A stretch of DNA of 64,000 nt from Cenococcum geophilum. Its lineage: Eukaryota. Location of the stretch: assembly GCA_050273025.1 (NCBI GenBank), contig CP158636.1, positions 5,518,001-5,582,000 of the forward strand, written 5' to 3'. Below, in pieces: positions 13,401-27,600 of the stretch (the stretch's first letter is position 1; each line of letters begins with the position of its first letter). The notes beneath the pieces were generated by a model that was not told the origin of the DNA, searched no databases, and saw only the letters and a program-made list of their open reading frames with translations. A program made the translations under genes and the position numbers.

Positions 13401-14499
13401 TGAGGCTAAAGCAAGTATTATGCGAGGCAGTGGTTTAGATTAAGTACTTCTGTACATAATACTTCTTTTAGGCGAGCTAGGTGGCTTTAGGTAGTGCTAT
13501 CTATGTTTAATATTGCGTAGCATTCTGGGTAAGCCTAGTGTATTAAACCTTAGTCCTCTCTAGTTGCGACAAAAAGAGACAGGTTGCTAATTAAACCGCC
13601 TATTAGCACACAATTAGTAATTTAGATGAGCCCCATATATATAATTTCAAAGGTATCCTATTTGCAAGACTTAGCTTAGCGTCTATAGCCTATTTATTAG
13701 TCGAATTAGATACAGTATAGTTTAAGAATAAAGTAACAGAAGATATATTCTTAGTTATGCTATTAAGTAGGTGCCTCTTACGGGTGCCTAGCACTAGCAT
13801 TAATATATCACTTTTATCTTATAAGGTATTTTAGGTATTAGTATTGGTATATTATACGTTAGCTATATGCATATTAATATAGTATCTAAAAAGCCTACTT
13901 AAAAGCGCGTCTGCGCCGCTTCGTGAGAACCTTTACTATTATCTTAGGGCATATCATAGCTCTGTATATTATATAAGCTAATTAAATACACCTCCTAATA
14001 GAGCTTATAAGCCTATAGTAACCTCTGCTTATTTAGCCTAGCGATGTTGTCTTTTTTTTACGCGACTAGTAGTATGGGGACTTCATGGTTTCTAGTTTCG
14101 TAGCATTATTATAGGGTTCAGCAAATGGTCTAATAGCGGAAGGAAAAGTACTATATTGGAAACAATTGTTTATATAATAAGGGTTATTATTAAAGAGACA
14201 AATAAGTATATAGGAGAAAATAGGGGTTATAGTATATTGTTTATAGTCGGAACGCGGATAAGCTAAGCTGTTCCCGTTAAGCTACTGTCAGAATTGTATT
14301 AAATTAATACCGCAACTTACAACTTCGTCTACTCTTTCTAGCCTTTAGACTAATTTTCTTAATAGCGCGCCCAGGATTTAATACTAAGAGATGTACTACG
14401 TGTAGCACACGATTAACCACCTCGGAGACAACCATAAGGAAGACACAATTGACCACCTTAAAGACAACTATAAGGAAGATATATACGCCAATACGCTAG

Positions 14500-16900
14500 A
14501 GACGAGTTACCCTTACCCTACTTAAGCGATAGCTTATGGGTTATTTACTACTAATAGATACCAACCCTAACCTAATTCCCCTTTTAATACCTTTATCTGA
14601 TTTAAACTTTAATAGTATAAAGGAATAAGAAGTTACGTATATTTGGACCAAGGCCCTATTTAACCTTAAAATAGAGGTAATAGTTAAAAATTGTACTTAG
14701 AGTCCACCACCGTTTGCTATATCTGCCTCCTATACCTAAAACCCTTGTCCTACTCCGCCTTACGGTCCGCTATTATAGCAGCGGCTAGTATTACGTACCC
14801 ACTAAGCCCCTAGGACTACTGCACTATAGGTATCCAACACTAAAAGCAAGTTAGATGGTATCCTATCTACGCAAGAAATTATAAACCTAGGCTTTGCGTT
14901 ATATTAATTTATAATACAGCCATAGATGGAAGATTCTGTAATGGTGGATTCGGGTAAAACTTTAAGTCCGCAATTATATTGCCCTAAGATATAACTCTAA
15001 GCGTCGTCGCAGTCGCATATAAGCCCGGTTTTATTGCTTTTATTATTACTAGAAACTAAGGGCCAGTTAAAAAAGCGTTTTAATAGTAGTAGGGACCTAA
15101 GCATTACGCACTCTGTACCGGCTTTTATTCCCCCTAAAGGGGAGGAAAAGGGAGACCGTATTTTTAATAGTGAATACTTTAATCCCGCCCCCTTCGCTAC
15201 TAGCCTAAAGGCTATAGGTTATAGGTCTATCTCTACTTATGACTTTATCCGCCTAAGGCTCTCTGGCGCTTTAAGGGGGGGCAAACTCCTAATTTAACAC
15301 CTTTCCTTTTTACCGGCGTCTTAACAGTTTTATATTAATTTAGAGGAGATAAACGCGGTATGTCCGCTAGCACATTAGCAGTTAGTAGTATTGAAATATC
15401 CTAGCAAGGTTAAGTTGGCGTATGCGCTTTTAACGGTAGTAATATATAGCAGCTTTATTACTCTAATATTAGTAGTAGATTCTTTAATATAGTTGTTGCT
15501 ATACAAGTTAGTATATAGGATTAACTCTAATCTAGAATTTATAGCGTACTTAGGTGGTTTTATTCAATTATAAAATTAATAAAATTTAGACTAAGCGTAA
15601 ACGCATAATCTATAATAGTCTTCCATATCCATTCACTAGTGACCTTTTACCGGTCTCCACTCCGGAAAACGTATATTAATATATCGTAGTCCTTATTAAA
15701 GCCTATATCCTGCTTTAGAGTATCCTTAAATATTAAGAAGATAAGCTTATCTACGGAAATATTATCTATATTCTTTTCTTTAGAAAGCAGATCTCTTAGC
15801 TGCATATATATTAATACTCCAGTGTCTAGAAATTATTTAATATATATTATTGTCGCCCTAAACGTCTTAACCACCCGCTGCCATTTTTCTGTTATTCTAT
15901 CTACGGTTAACTCAGTAATGGGGTCTTTAAGGCTCTTTTAAGAGTGCTTTAAAGGTAAGGGTTTAGCATGTTTATATTCTATTCGTCGCTTCTTATTATA
16001 ATTGCAGCGCTAAGCAACTGCTTAAATGTACCACTCCTTATCCGCGTCCGTAAGATCTATAAAAATAGAATGGAATTGCGTGTATAAGTGGGTTATAGCG
16101 TTATAAAGTTTGTTCCTCTTTTACTTAGTATTTAAGGGCTTCTCTAGTAGACCAGACGCTTGCATTACATCCTTAACTGCATCGTATATTGTTTTATATT
16201 GCGTATTAGTGATGCCCATCTCATTCTTAATCCGTCAAACCAACTAAGACCCATTTCTCGCGTCGCGTCCTTAATAAGGCCGCTAGGATAAGCTGTTGGA
16301 GTCTAATATAGGACTAATAACGGTATAGACTTCTATATCGGCGATATATTATACTTATTACAGTTTAGTCGGCAATCCTATTTTCTAATATTAATAATTG
16401 CAGTCTTATATAGGGTGTTCCGTAGTTCTTAGAAATAGGCGCCAGCTCTAATACATTAAGTCGCGACAGCAGGCCGCATACGTAAGGGGTATTGTCTCGT
16501 TCCTAGACCTTCTCGCTAAGGCTTACCTTGCCAATCCACTAGCCGCTTTTGGCAAGACCTTTATTAGAAGGTCTAGTACACGGTTTGGTTCCTTACTACC
16601 TTACAGCGTATTTAAGAGGAGTTCTTCTCGCCTAGTTAACAGTCCTATAGTAATAAACCAGTTAATAAGGTGTTCTAAAACTATGTTTAATTTATACAAG
16701 ATATAGAGGTCTACCTTATATTAAAGTTTGCTATTAAGCACGCTAATAGGGCTTATTAAATAGGTAATTGTTTACTGCTATCTTCTCCTTGCTAGCAGTG
16801 CAAAGAGTTAATATATACAGTTAGCTTTATACCTTACTAGATTACTTATAACTAAAGCCGCGGATTAAGTCCTTTAAAGATTATTACTTACTAGTATGTT
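14500..16900 (-). pseudogene. RIP-degraded spliced gene of unknown function inside the Plavaka element
   Basis: Read-through RIKNEMGITNTQYKTIYDAVKDVMQASGLLEKPLNTK*KRNKL...AVA*RCNYNKKRR (~16240-15980), with minus-strand intron signals near 16710-16900. Confidence 0.45.
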
Positions 16901-16949
16901 AGTTAATTATAGAGGCCAGTAAGATAGTTGGTTTAAGATAAATTAACTT

Positions 16950-17803
16950 AATAAGCATTATAATCTTATTCTTAAGCTTTTTCTTTAAGGCCAATAGCGA
17001 ACTAGTTTAGATATAACTGAGTTATTTACTTAAGTATTACTTACCGCTAGTTACTACCTAGAGCTGCGGTATACTATAGAGGACGTATTTAGCTAGTTTA
17101 ATAGCACATATTATACGCTAGCTAACGCAACTACTAATATATATCATCTTGCGCTTAAGCTATTAACTACTATTATAAGGCGGCCTAGCGGACGAAAGAG
17201 TCACTTTAGCTATAAGAATATTATTAATATTAAAACTTAGAGGCTCTCTAGGGGTTTAAAGAAAGAATAGCCTATAAAGCTACCTTCTAAATTAACCTTA
17301 TTACAATTAGAACCTTCTAGAGCTAGAAAGCAAAGAATCCCAAAGCAACCAGCTTACTACAACTCGCTTATTAATAGCTTTAATGCAAAGCTATAAGGGC
17401 GTATTACTATAGTAGAAGGCCTTAACGATATTAACGCAAATAAGCCTAAAACAACACTAATTAATACCTTACTTAATAGAGCTGTACTTAATACCTAATC
17501 TTATAGACTTCCTATCTAGTTCTAGTGTTCTATTTAATTAGTAAGTTAACTATTTGCTTATAAGGTATAATACTAATTAATATATAACTATTTAGCTTTT
17601 CTATTACGGCGGAGCCTCTATTTCGGTTGCTTAGGGAAGGTATAATATTTTACTAGGGACCAGAGCAGTTACAAGCAATAGTGACTTTAAAGACAGCCAT
17701 TACTATAGCGCCAGCGCTAATCCAAATTAACTATTCGCCTGGGTAGGAGAAATTATATTAATAGTAGACTTAAGCGGTACTAGATAGGGAGTAATGCTAA
17801 ACC
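16950..17803 (+). mobile_element. Internally deleted Ty3/Gypsy retrotransposon remnant (RT-RNase H linker; upstream part possibly gag)
   Basis: 17645-17800 reads FY*GPEQLQAIVTLKTAITIAPALIQINYSPG..EIILIVD.SG.R*GVML, matching the W..EQ..AF..LK..L..AP.L / D.S..G.G.VL pattern. Confidence 0.7.
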
Positions 17804-17804
17804 A

Positions 17805-20800
17805 CTCTTATAAGTATTTTACATTTTCACATTCTATAATTTTTGAATTAGTATTTTTATTTCCTTTTAAGTTAAGAGAAGAGCTACTTTACTTTAAGAA
17901 GTTTTAGTTAAGTATACCGGAGGTTAGAGTTAAGCATTATCTAAGTCTCGTTTATTCTTTTAAAAAATTGTTAATATTAATGATATTATTATATAAAAGT
18001 CTTAGCAAAGAGAATCTGACCAATTAGACAACTTTGACCGGCGGTTAAAGTTCCTTAATATCTTAAGATTTCACGTAACGACCATTTTAATTCACCTTTT
18101 TGGTAAATCCATAAGATCTTAATTTTGACTTCCTATTATCCTATTATCCTGTCTTATTTAATTATATACGCCCGTTTACCTTTCTTCGCGTTAAGAAGGC
18201 ACTATTATTACTCTTCTCTTAAATTGCCCATTACGCACGCGGAATTTTACTGCAAAAAAGTCTAGAACTATGGAACTCCGCTTAAAAGGAAAGGCGCTGC
18301 CTCTGCCTCCCACGCCTCTACCTCCTACTATTCGGTTAATGGCCCTTATATACTAAGGAAAGGCGTAAATAATAGAGGTTATCCTTAAAGCTGCCCAAAG
18401 CCACCTGGTTAATTAGCGCGTAAATATCTATTATAGTTTAACATAGGTTATTTTAAACCAGGAGTATAATATAGTTAAGGCTGCGAAAAATGCTATAATT
18501 AAGATTGAAAAGGATAGAGAGCTTAAAGGAAACTTAGAAAGTAAAGAGTAGGAAAATGCCTTTATAGATATTAGGAAGCTTTCTAAGATTACTTATAAGA
18601 TTAATAAGATTAAGACGGTGCGGGATATAGTTAGGAAGAAGTAGGGAGAGGAGCTTTTAGAAGGTCCCTGTAAGCTCTTCTATATATATTACGCACTAAA
18701 AAGCATTTATATCCTTATTAATTAAGCTAAGAAGAGCAAGACCGCCAGAGAGGATACGTTAAAGATAGTTAATAATGTAATGTTAAACCGCCTAGAACTC
18801 TTAAAGGTCGGGATCTTAAGGACTCTATACCTAACACCCTCAGATTTCCTTAATGCTTATAAATTCGGACTAGAAGTTAATAAGGAGCTGGTTAAGAAAT
18901 AGAGGCTCGCCTATTATCCAAGCCAGGGCTATAAGCTTTTAGTACTAGCCTTAACCGTTAAAGCTAAAGGAGAGGAATCTGTACTAAAGCCAGTTACTCT
19001 AGAACCTCTATTAGTACCTTTTAAGGAGGTTAAAGGCTTAAACATAAAGATACTGCGTAATTTATTTCTGTTTAGAGGCAAGGTTCCTAAAGCTAATAGA
19101 GAGGACTTTAAATCTAATAAATCTATATCTTTAGAGGATGTTTTTATTGCTAGCTCCTCGTAGAAACATAAGGCCGGAAAAGCTTCCAAGAAATCTTCTA
19201 GAAAGAAGCTAAAAATAGGACCTACGGAACCTTTAGCTTCTAGTAAAGCTAATAGACGAAAGGGAAAGGCAGCTATAATTGCTAAAGCTAATAGAAAGGT
19301 GATTATTAGGAAACTACGGCCGAAATGAAAAATAAAATACTTATACTATTCCGAAACGCCAGTTAAATTAATAAAGGCTCTTAATTTAAAGAAAGAACTA
19401 AAAGGCGGTGTCTCTTCTATCTTATAATAGTTTATTATAGCCTAGCAAGGAAATAGGACAGAAGTCCGCGCGTTATACTGGATACACCTTTAGAAAATAG
19501 TAGGATTGCTAGGACTAGATGCCAGTACTTCTTTTATAAATTTATATTTGCGAATTTACTTAGTCTCTAAGAACTATAATACTATTAATATTCTCCAAAC
19601 AGCTAAAAGCTCTTATTTTTGGTTTAAAAGGGATAGTCGTCCCAAGTATACAAACGATGGTCTTGGGATTTACGCTTATTCTACTGTGCGGCCTAGTAAT
19701 TATTAAGTAGATCGTATAGGGTTAAGGAAGCTTATATTAGGCTTAAAAGGGGAAATAAAATAGGACTTACTTAGAATTCACTAGGCCGATTTATTTAAAT
19801 GGTAAAAAGATGCCGGGATTCTAGACATTTTTAAGGAGGAGTTTAATATATACGCGCATTATTTGCGTAAGACCGCTAAAAAGAAAAATAGCGGTATCCT
19901 TTAAACTATATGCCATTCTCTACTATAGTAGGTAGTTTGGATAGATCTGGAGCACTACCGGTATATAGTGGCTTTACGCGCTAATAGGGCTACTCGTTTT
20001 ATTGCATATCCAAGCTACGCGCTCTGGTTCCTTAGTGGCTATCTCCCTAAAAAGTAAAACTTAGAAATTGACCTTCTTTAAGTATATAAAGGAGGGCCAA
20101 ATTCTAAAGAAAGCTAGCTTCGTTCTTGTGTCTCCCTAATTAATAAGGGGAGTTAGTCTTATATAGAGTTCCTACCCGGCATGCATTAGTATATACCAGA
20201 ATAGGTAGGCTTGCTTTAAGAATATAAAGAACTTAATAGCAAAGAACGTATTAAGAATATAAAAACTGCCTAGACTAAAGCTAATGCTAAGAAGTTTAAG
20301 CTTAATTGGATGCCTATTGCGTTAAGGACTAGTGAAGTGCGGTTTACGAAAGCTACTATTATATAAGGAGCCTCTTAAGCAACATTAAGTCGCTTAATTA
20401 TTATACCAGACTTAATCGTAATTCTACTAAATACTAAGAGATTGGAGATTCCTGGGCTTAAGAGCTAGTAGGCCGTTACATAGATAAATCTAGACGCTTT
20501 TCCCCTAGTATTAACTCCTACTGGCGAACCTATTTCTAATACTCCTCTATATAAGTTTCCGGCCTATATATAGCTGTAGGCAAAGAGTGCTCTTTTAAAT
20601 GCTTTAGTTGGGAGACTTTTATAGGACGACCCTTAAGTAAAAAAAGAGCAACAGTTAATCCTAGATTCTTTATTAAATAATAAATATAAAGTATTTCGGG
20701 AAAGATACTAGATGCGTATTACTAAGGCTGTTTATAAAAGCTTTGGAGAGCTAAAGGAATTTAAGCGGGAGGTATTTAGGGTAAAGTTTTACTTTTTAGC

Positions 20801-21755
20801 AAAAGAACAAGGGCGTGAGCGTCCTGTAGATAACCTAAAATATCCTAAAGACTTAGTTTCAGATCTAGAATACGAAAACGATCCAACCGGTATAACTTTT
20901 AGCGCTCCCCCGCTAACTAATTATGGTTCTAAAGGCTATTCTAAAGGCGAGGCTAGGGCTGTTACGCCTTAGGGCGCTAGGACTACTGCGCTAAACCTTA
21001 GTCCTGATATCTTTAATAATAAGGTAGCACCTATGGAAATTAACTAGGAGCTAAAGGATATAAGTAAGCTTAAAGAAGATGGTTTCTAAAATGCTACTTC
21101 TAAATATTCGCCGGTATTTGTTAATGCTCTAAAGAATACTAATAAGCCAGTAGTATTACACCGCCTAACGCCTTTACCAATTTTAAAAAAGGGTACTGCT
21201 TTGGAAGAATAGATAATTAATTCTAGTGTTTTCTAACCTCCTATATGGAAGACAATATAAGCGGAAATAGATGCTGCCCGTAAAAAGGTGTCTTTAAAAC
21301 TCTAGGTTAGTGTCGTATATAGGATAATGTAAATATAGAGCTTAAGGCGGAAGGCGTAGATAATATAAACGAAAACAGAGGCGATAATTAAGGAAGGGGT
21401 GTAGGCAGCTTTAGAGGAGTTAAAGGAGTACTAGGTATTCGGTTGTTTTTTTTCTATCCTTAAGCGTTCCTTATTTACCAAATAGGGTCTATAAAGAAAC
21501 GTTAGGGGATAACGTTTTAGATAGGGGTAGTGTTAAACGCTTTTTGGTTATTTTGGTTTATTTCTTATTATATATGGGGGGCTGGGTTATATATATTATA
21601 GAAGGAATCTAGGCTTTAACCTTATCCCAAAAACAATCTAACTTACCCTCTAGTTATTCTTCTACCTCTCTAGTATAATTTATCTAGTCCCATTCCCCTT
21701 ATAATGCTTAATTAAGTATTATCTTTTAGTATTAGGCTTTGCCCTTCCATACTAG
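17805..21755 (+). repeat. Copy 1 of a ~4-kb direct duplication (pair: 24678-28660)
   Basis: Colinear from CTCTTATAAGTATTTTACATTT through ...ATAATGCTTAATTAA.TATTATCTTTTAGT in both copies. Confidence 0.95.
18270..21434 (+). pseudogene. RIP-inactivated intronless gene (~1055 codons): N-terminal helical region, CxC..CxxH motif, probable DSBH 2OG-Fe(II) dioxygenase-like domain (copy 1)
   Basis: ATG 18270 to TAG 21432-21434 is 3165 nt (a multiple of 3), colinear with copy 2, with internal stops explicable by RIP. Motifs: EEFNIYAHYLRK..GIL.TICHSLL**V, ELLPGMH, TPTG....PYKFPA, ALVGRL.W.DP. Confidence 0.75.
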
Positions 21756-21759
21756 CTCC

Positions 21760-23924
21760 CTATTATTTACTGCTATAATTAGATCAGTATTTATATATCG
21801 CCTTCCCTTTTAAAAAGCAGCTAGATCTAATTAACCTATAGCTTTGCCTATAAGCTTATCAAAATATTAGATACTTAGTTTAACTTTAATAATATTCTTA
21901 ACGAGATTCTTAAATCCATTCCTCTTTCTTAGCTTCCACTATAGCTTCCGCCGCTTCCTCTACTACCTCTATAGTGGCCTCTGCAACAGCCTCCGCAACT
22001 ATTATCCTCTACGCCGGCGTTATCTAGCCGCTTGTTTTGCCCCTTGCGCTCTTACTAAATAGCCAGCTCTTAAGATGTATAGGATATTCCTTCTTAGATT
22101 AGGAGAATCTTAAACGCGATAGGCCTGCTAGTGGGCTTAGGTATATTATATTATATTAACACTAGCGTTTTACTATTAATCATACTTCTAGAGCTACTAC
22201 TACTACCACCACTACTACCACCACTCCTCTCTCTAGCCCTGCGCCAACTCCTACTACTGCTACTACTAGCCTCCCGTCCCCCGCGCAGCATCAACTCAAC
22301 TTAATAAATGCTACTACCATTAATGCCGCCGCCGGATAGTTTGGTTACTAGAGCTAGGCTTTATAGAATAGCCTAGAGTCTTACCATCTTAAGGGGCTTA
22401 CGCCCGTATAATAAATAGTCTATACAGCAAGCCGGCCCCAGCGGCTTGTGCCCAATATACTGCGTGGGGGTTAATATATAAAATATATCATTCGGCCTTT
22501 TATACTAATAGAAGTCTTAGACACGCGTGTAGTAAGTACCACTTAGCCAACTAAGTATACGCCTTACCCGCGCGGGCTCCTAAGCCTTACCTAAGTTGTG
22601 CTAGCCGTAGAAAAGGTAGGGCAGGTGGAGCAGTAGGTGGTAAGATAGGTAGGAAGAAGGGTAAAAGCGGTAAAAGGGGTAGAGCCTCTAGTGTTGTTAC
22701 TACTTCCGTATAGATATCTTAAATTTAAAGCTATGCCTACCTACTACCTACTTTAATGTTTTTGCATAATATAGTAATATAATAGTTTATATTCTCTACA
22801 AAGAACTCTATAAGTATAGTTATTTAGACGGATATTCTAGACCTAATAGCAAAGCTACTCCTATCCCTTATACTGATGACTAGCAATAATAAGTGGCCCA
22901 TATAAGAAATTCTAGGTACTCTACATTACGTCTGCGTACGTTTAATACTTCCCTAATATTTCCCCTTAAGCAGGCCTTTTAATTGGTGCCACAATTTATT
23001 AGACGTAGTTATTAGTGTAAGGGATATAACGTTATTACCTATAATATACTATATAGCCCTTATACTACCTATAATACCTCCGCGCCCTATATATATAATA
23101 GAAAGTATAGGTTCTAGATCACTTATACCTTTTAAAAGGAAATTATAGTTAGAAATAATAATAAGCCGCTATATAAGCGCCTATAGGATAGCCCTACCTT
23201 TATATAGCCTAGCTAGAGCTATATATATAGTAGTAGAGATATAGCGCCTTATAATGCGTATATTAACGTAAAGCCCTATATAGGATATTACACCATAAAG
23301 TACGCGTTTAAGTATATATATAAAGGCCCTAATTACGTTACTATAACCCTAGAAGCCTAGGCGGCCAGGGCTAAGCTATAGTACCTTATAGATAAAATTA
23401 AGGAGTATATAGACGCCCTATATATTACCGCATATAAGGCTCTATAGAGGATTTACAAGTACTATATATATAGCCGCTCTATTCCTATATAGCAGCTTAT
23501 AATCTATCTAAAAAGCTAGTAGTTTATTATAATCTAGCCTAATTAGGCCTTAGAGGAGCGTCTTACCTAGGATACTATATATATAACTAGATTAATATCT
23601 TTTATAGTTACTAGCCGTAAGCTAGGCTCTATAATTACTAGTATATATATATAAGGAAGCCTACGCTTCTAAAACTTAATAGTCTAGTAAATTATAGTAG
23701 TATTACCTAGAATGCGGGACTTTAAAATCTTATACTATAGTTACTTTAGCTTAATCTAGAAGATATAATCTACTAGATCTAGGTAATCCCTTATACTTTA
23801 GCCTACTTTTAGCTCCGCCTAGATTTCCTACTAGCGTAGGTTATACGTAAAGGTAATAAAATAGTTAGGGGAGCTATAATACCGCGCGAGTACTATAGCA
23901 TTAAGATAGGTATTATATATCTAG
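21760..23924 (+). mobile_element. Helitron RepHel remnant (N-terminus and Rep region; Pif1 helicase not seen)
   Basis: 23040-23530 de-RIPs to HNMLHGP..SAPCM.DGKC...PLYKR...APYN AHINVEPC....IKYAFKYIHKGPD...DEIKEYIDALYITAHEALWRIY......PVQQL.IHLE.QQ. A possible CTAG 3' end lies at 23921-23924. Confidence 0.85.
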
Positions 23925-24677
23925 CGTGAAGAGCTTATATAAGATATAGCGAAGAGTAGTAGATGGCGAGGAATACTAAAAGGAAGTAGTGTAATAGATG
24001 CATAACAAGAATAGACACCGTAGGAAGGAAGGAACGTATATAAAGGTGTTAGTACAATATTTAAGCTTTCTAAAAGACAAACAGCCAGTTTCCTGCCACA
24101 CCAGTATGGCGCCATACTACTCTATTAGCATAAGGATTATGCAAGCTAAACCTAATTAAATCCTTCTAAGGAAAGAAAGTAGAAGGAAAGAAGTAAGAGT
24201 GGAAGCCTTTACAAACGGTAATTAACCGAGATTACTTCACAGTTACAGTTAATTCTGCCTATCCTTTATATACGTTCCTCCCTTCTAATTACATTATAAT
24301 CTTATTATATCTTAAGGATCATAGCTCTACTAAGAGACGGTCTTCTATAAAGATCCTTCTATAGGCAAGCCGTCACTTAGGACACCTATCACTACAAGCA
24401 GTAACTCTTTCTCTTTCTTCTCTTTATCTCCATAACGAACATATAAAGTAACTATAAGTAAGGCTTATCTAAGAAATACTCGGCACTATAATAGCTAGCA
24501 CTTATAGAGGCTGAGAGTCTTCTACCGCACTCCTATGTCACCTCACTGCCATAAGCAATTAGGAAAAGAGTTTACTTCTTTAAAGCTGGTTTTAAATCCT
24601 TAGTCTTAACAACTGCTCTTACAAAGAATAACTTTATGCGTGGTCTTCTTCCTTTTATCCTTATTACCAGTAACTAT

Positions 24678-27600
24678 CTCTTATAAGTATTTTACATTTT
24701 TACGCTCTGCAATTTTTAATTTAGCATTTTCATTTCCTTTTAAGTTAAGAGAAGAGCTACTTTACTTTAAGAAACCTTAGTTAAGCATATTGGAGGTTAA
24801 AGTCAGGCATTATTCAATTCTTATTTACTGTTGTAAAATTTATAGTACTAATGCTATTGTCATATAAAAGTCTTGGTAAGGAAAATCTAACTAATTAGAC
24901 AACTTTAACCAGCGGTTAAAGTTCCTTAACATATCAACAATTCACATAACAGCCCTTTTTAATTTACCTTTTTCTAGAAAATACCACAAGGCCTTTATTT
25001 CGATTTCTTGTTATCTTATCTCATTTAGCCATACGCGCCTATTTACTTTTCTCTTATGTTAAGAAGACACTGTTATAACTCTTGTCCTGAAATACCACCT
25101 ATACGCCTATGGCGCACACGAAAATATCACTATAAAAATGTCTAGAACTATAGAACTCCGCTTAAAAGTAAAGGCGCCGCCTCTACCTCCTCTGCCTCCT
25201 CTGCCTCCTACTATCTAGTTAATAGCCCTCATATACTAAGGAAAGGCGTAAACAATAGAGGTTATCCTTAGGGCCGCCCAAAGCCACCTAGTTAATTAGC
25301 GCGTAAACATCTATTATAGTTTAATATAGGCTATTATAAACCAGGAGCATAATATGGTTAAGGCTGCGAAAAATGCAATAGTTAAGATTAAGAAGGATAA
25401 TAAGCTTAAGGGAAATTTGGGAAATAAAAATTAGGAAAACGCCTTTGCGGACATCAGAAAGCTCTCTAAGATTACCCATAAGATTAATAAGATCAAGGCA
25501 GTGCGAAATACAATCAAAAAGGAATAGGGAGAGAAACTTTTAGAAGGTCCCTATAAGCTCTTCTACACATATTACGCACTAAAAAGCATCTATATCTTTA
25601 TTAATTAGGTAAAAAGAAGTTAGATCTCCAAGAAGAATGCGTTAGAAATAATTAATAATGCGATACTAAGCCGCCTAGAACTCTTAAAGGCTAGGATCTT
25701 AAGGACCCTATACCCAACACCCTTAAACTTTCTCACCGCCTATAAATTCGGATTAGTAGTTAATAAGGAGTTAATTAAGAAATAGAAGCTTATTCGTTAT
25801 CCAAGCCAGGGCTATAAGCTTTTAGTGCTAGCCTTAACTATTAAAACTAAAGAGGAATCTGCACCGGAGCCGGTTACTCCAGTACCTCTACTATTACCTT
25901 TTAAGGAGGTTAAAGCTTTAAATGTAAAGATACTACGTAGCTCATTTCTGTTTAGAGGCAAGGTACCTAAAGCGTAAGGAGAAGACTCTAAATCTGATAA
26001 ATCTACGTCTTTAGAGGATGACCTCGTCGCCCGCTCCCTACAGAAATGTAGAGCTAGGAAAGCTTCCAAGAAATCCCTAAGAAAGAAGCTGAAGATAGGA
26101 CCTACGGAACCTTAAGCTTTTAGTAGAGCTAACAGGTAGAAGGGAAAAGTAGTAGTAATTACTAAAGCTAATAGAGAGGTAATCGTTAGGAAAGCACGGC
26201 CAGAGTAGAAAATAAAATGCTCGTGTTATTCTAAAACGCCAGCTGAATTAATTAAGGCCCTTAATTCCAAAGAGCCAGAAGACGGTATCTTTTCTATCTT
26301 ATACTAATTTATTATAGCCTAGCAGGGAAATAGAATAGAAGTCCGCGCGTTATGCCGGATACATCTTTAGAAAATGGTAGGGTTGTTAGGATTAGATACC
26401 AGCGTTTCTTCTACTAATTTATATTTACAAATCCACTCAGTCTCTAAGAACTATAATACTGTTGATATTCTTTAGATAGCTAAAAGCTCCTATTTCTAGT
26501 TTAAAAAGAATAGTCACCTAGAGCATATAAACAATAACCTCGAAATTTACGCTTATTCTGCTATACAGCCTAGCGATTATCCAGTAAACCGCGTGGGATT
26601 AAGAAAACTTATGTTGGGCTTAAAAGGGGAACTTAAATGGGACCTACTCGGAATCCACCATGCCAATTTATTTAAATGGTGGGAAGACGTCGGAATTCTA
26701 GGTATTTTTAAGGAAGAGTTCAATATATATACGCACCATTTGCGAAAGACTACTAGGGAAGAGAAAGATAGTATCCTCCGGACTATATATCATTCCTTAC
26801 TATAATAGGTGGTTTGTATAGATCTAGAGCACTATAGATACACTATAGCTTTATGCACTAATAATGCTACTCATTTTATTGCATATTTAAGCTATGCGCT
26901 CCAGTTTCTTAATAGCCATCTTCCTAAAAAACGGAACTTGGAAATTAATCTTCTCCAGGTATACGAAGGAGGGCCAAATTCTAAAGATAGCTGGCTTTAT
27001 TCTTGTATTTCCTTAATTAAGGAGGGGAGTTAGTCTTATACAGAACTCCTCCCCGGAATGCATTAATACATACTAAAATAGGTAGATTTGCTTTAAGCGC
27101 GCGGAGAACTTAATAATAAAGGGCGTATTAAGAATATAGAGACGGCCTGGACTAAGGCTAATACTAAGAAGTTTAAGCTTAACTAGATGCCCATTCCGTT
27201 AAAAACTAGAGAAGTACGGTTTACGAAAGCTACTATTATATAAGGAGCATCTTAAGCAACATTAAGCCGCTTAATTATTACTCCAGACTTGATCGCAATC
27301 CTACTAAATACTAGGAAATTAGAAATCCCTAGGCTTAAGAGCTAGCAGGAGATTATATAAATAAACCTAGCTAGTCTTCCCCCAGCATTAACTCCTACTG
27401 GCGAACCTATTACTAGTATTCCTCTATATAAATTCCCAGCCTATATACAACTATAGGCAAAGAGTACCCTTTTAAATGCTTTAGTTAGAAGACTTTTATA
27501 GGATGATCCTTAAGTAAGGGCAGAACAGCGGATAATCCTAGATCCTACCTTAAACAATAAATATAAAGCATTTCGGGAAAGACACAGGGCATATATTACT

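Noticed and set aside
18929..19189. Paired minus-strand ORFs 18929-19189 and 25812-26069
   Set aside because: Antisense shadows of the duplicated plus-strand pseudogene.
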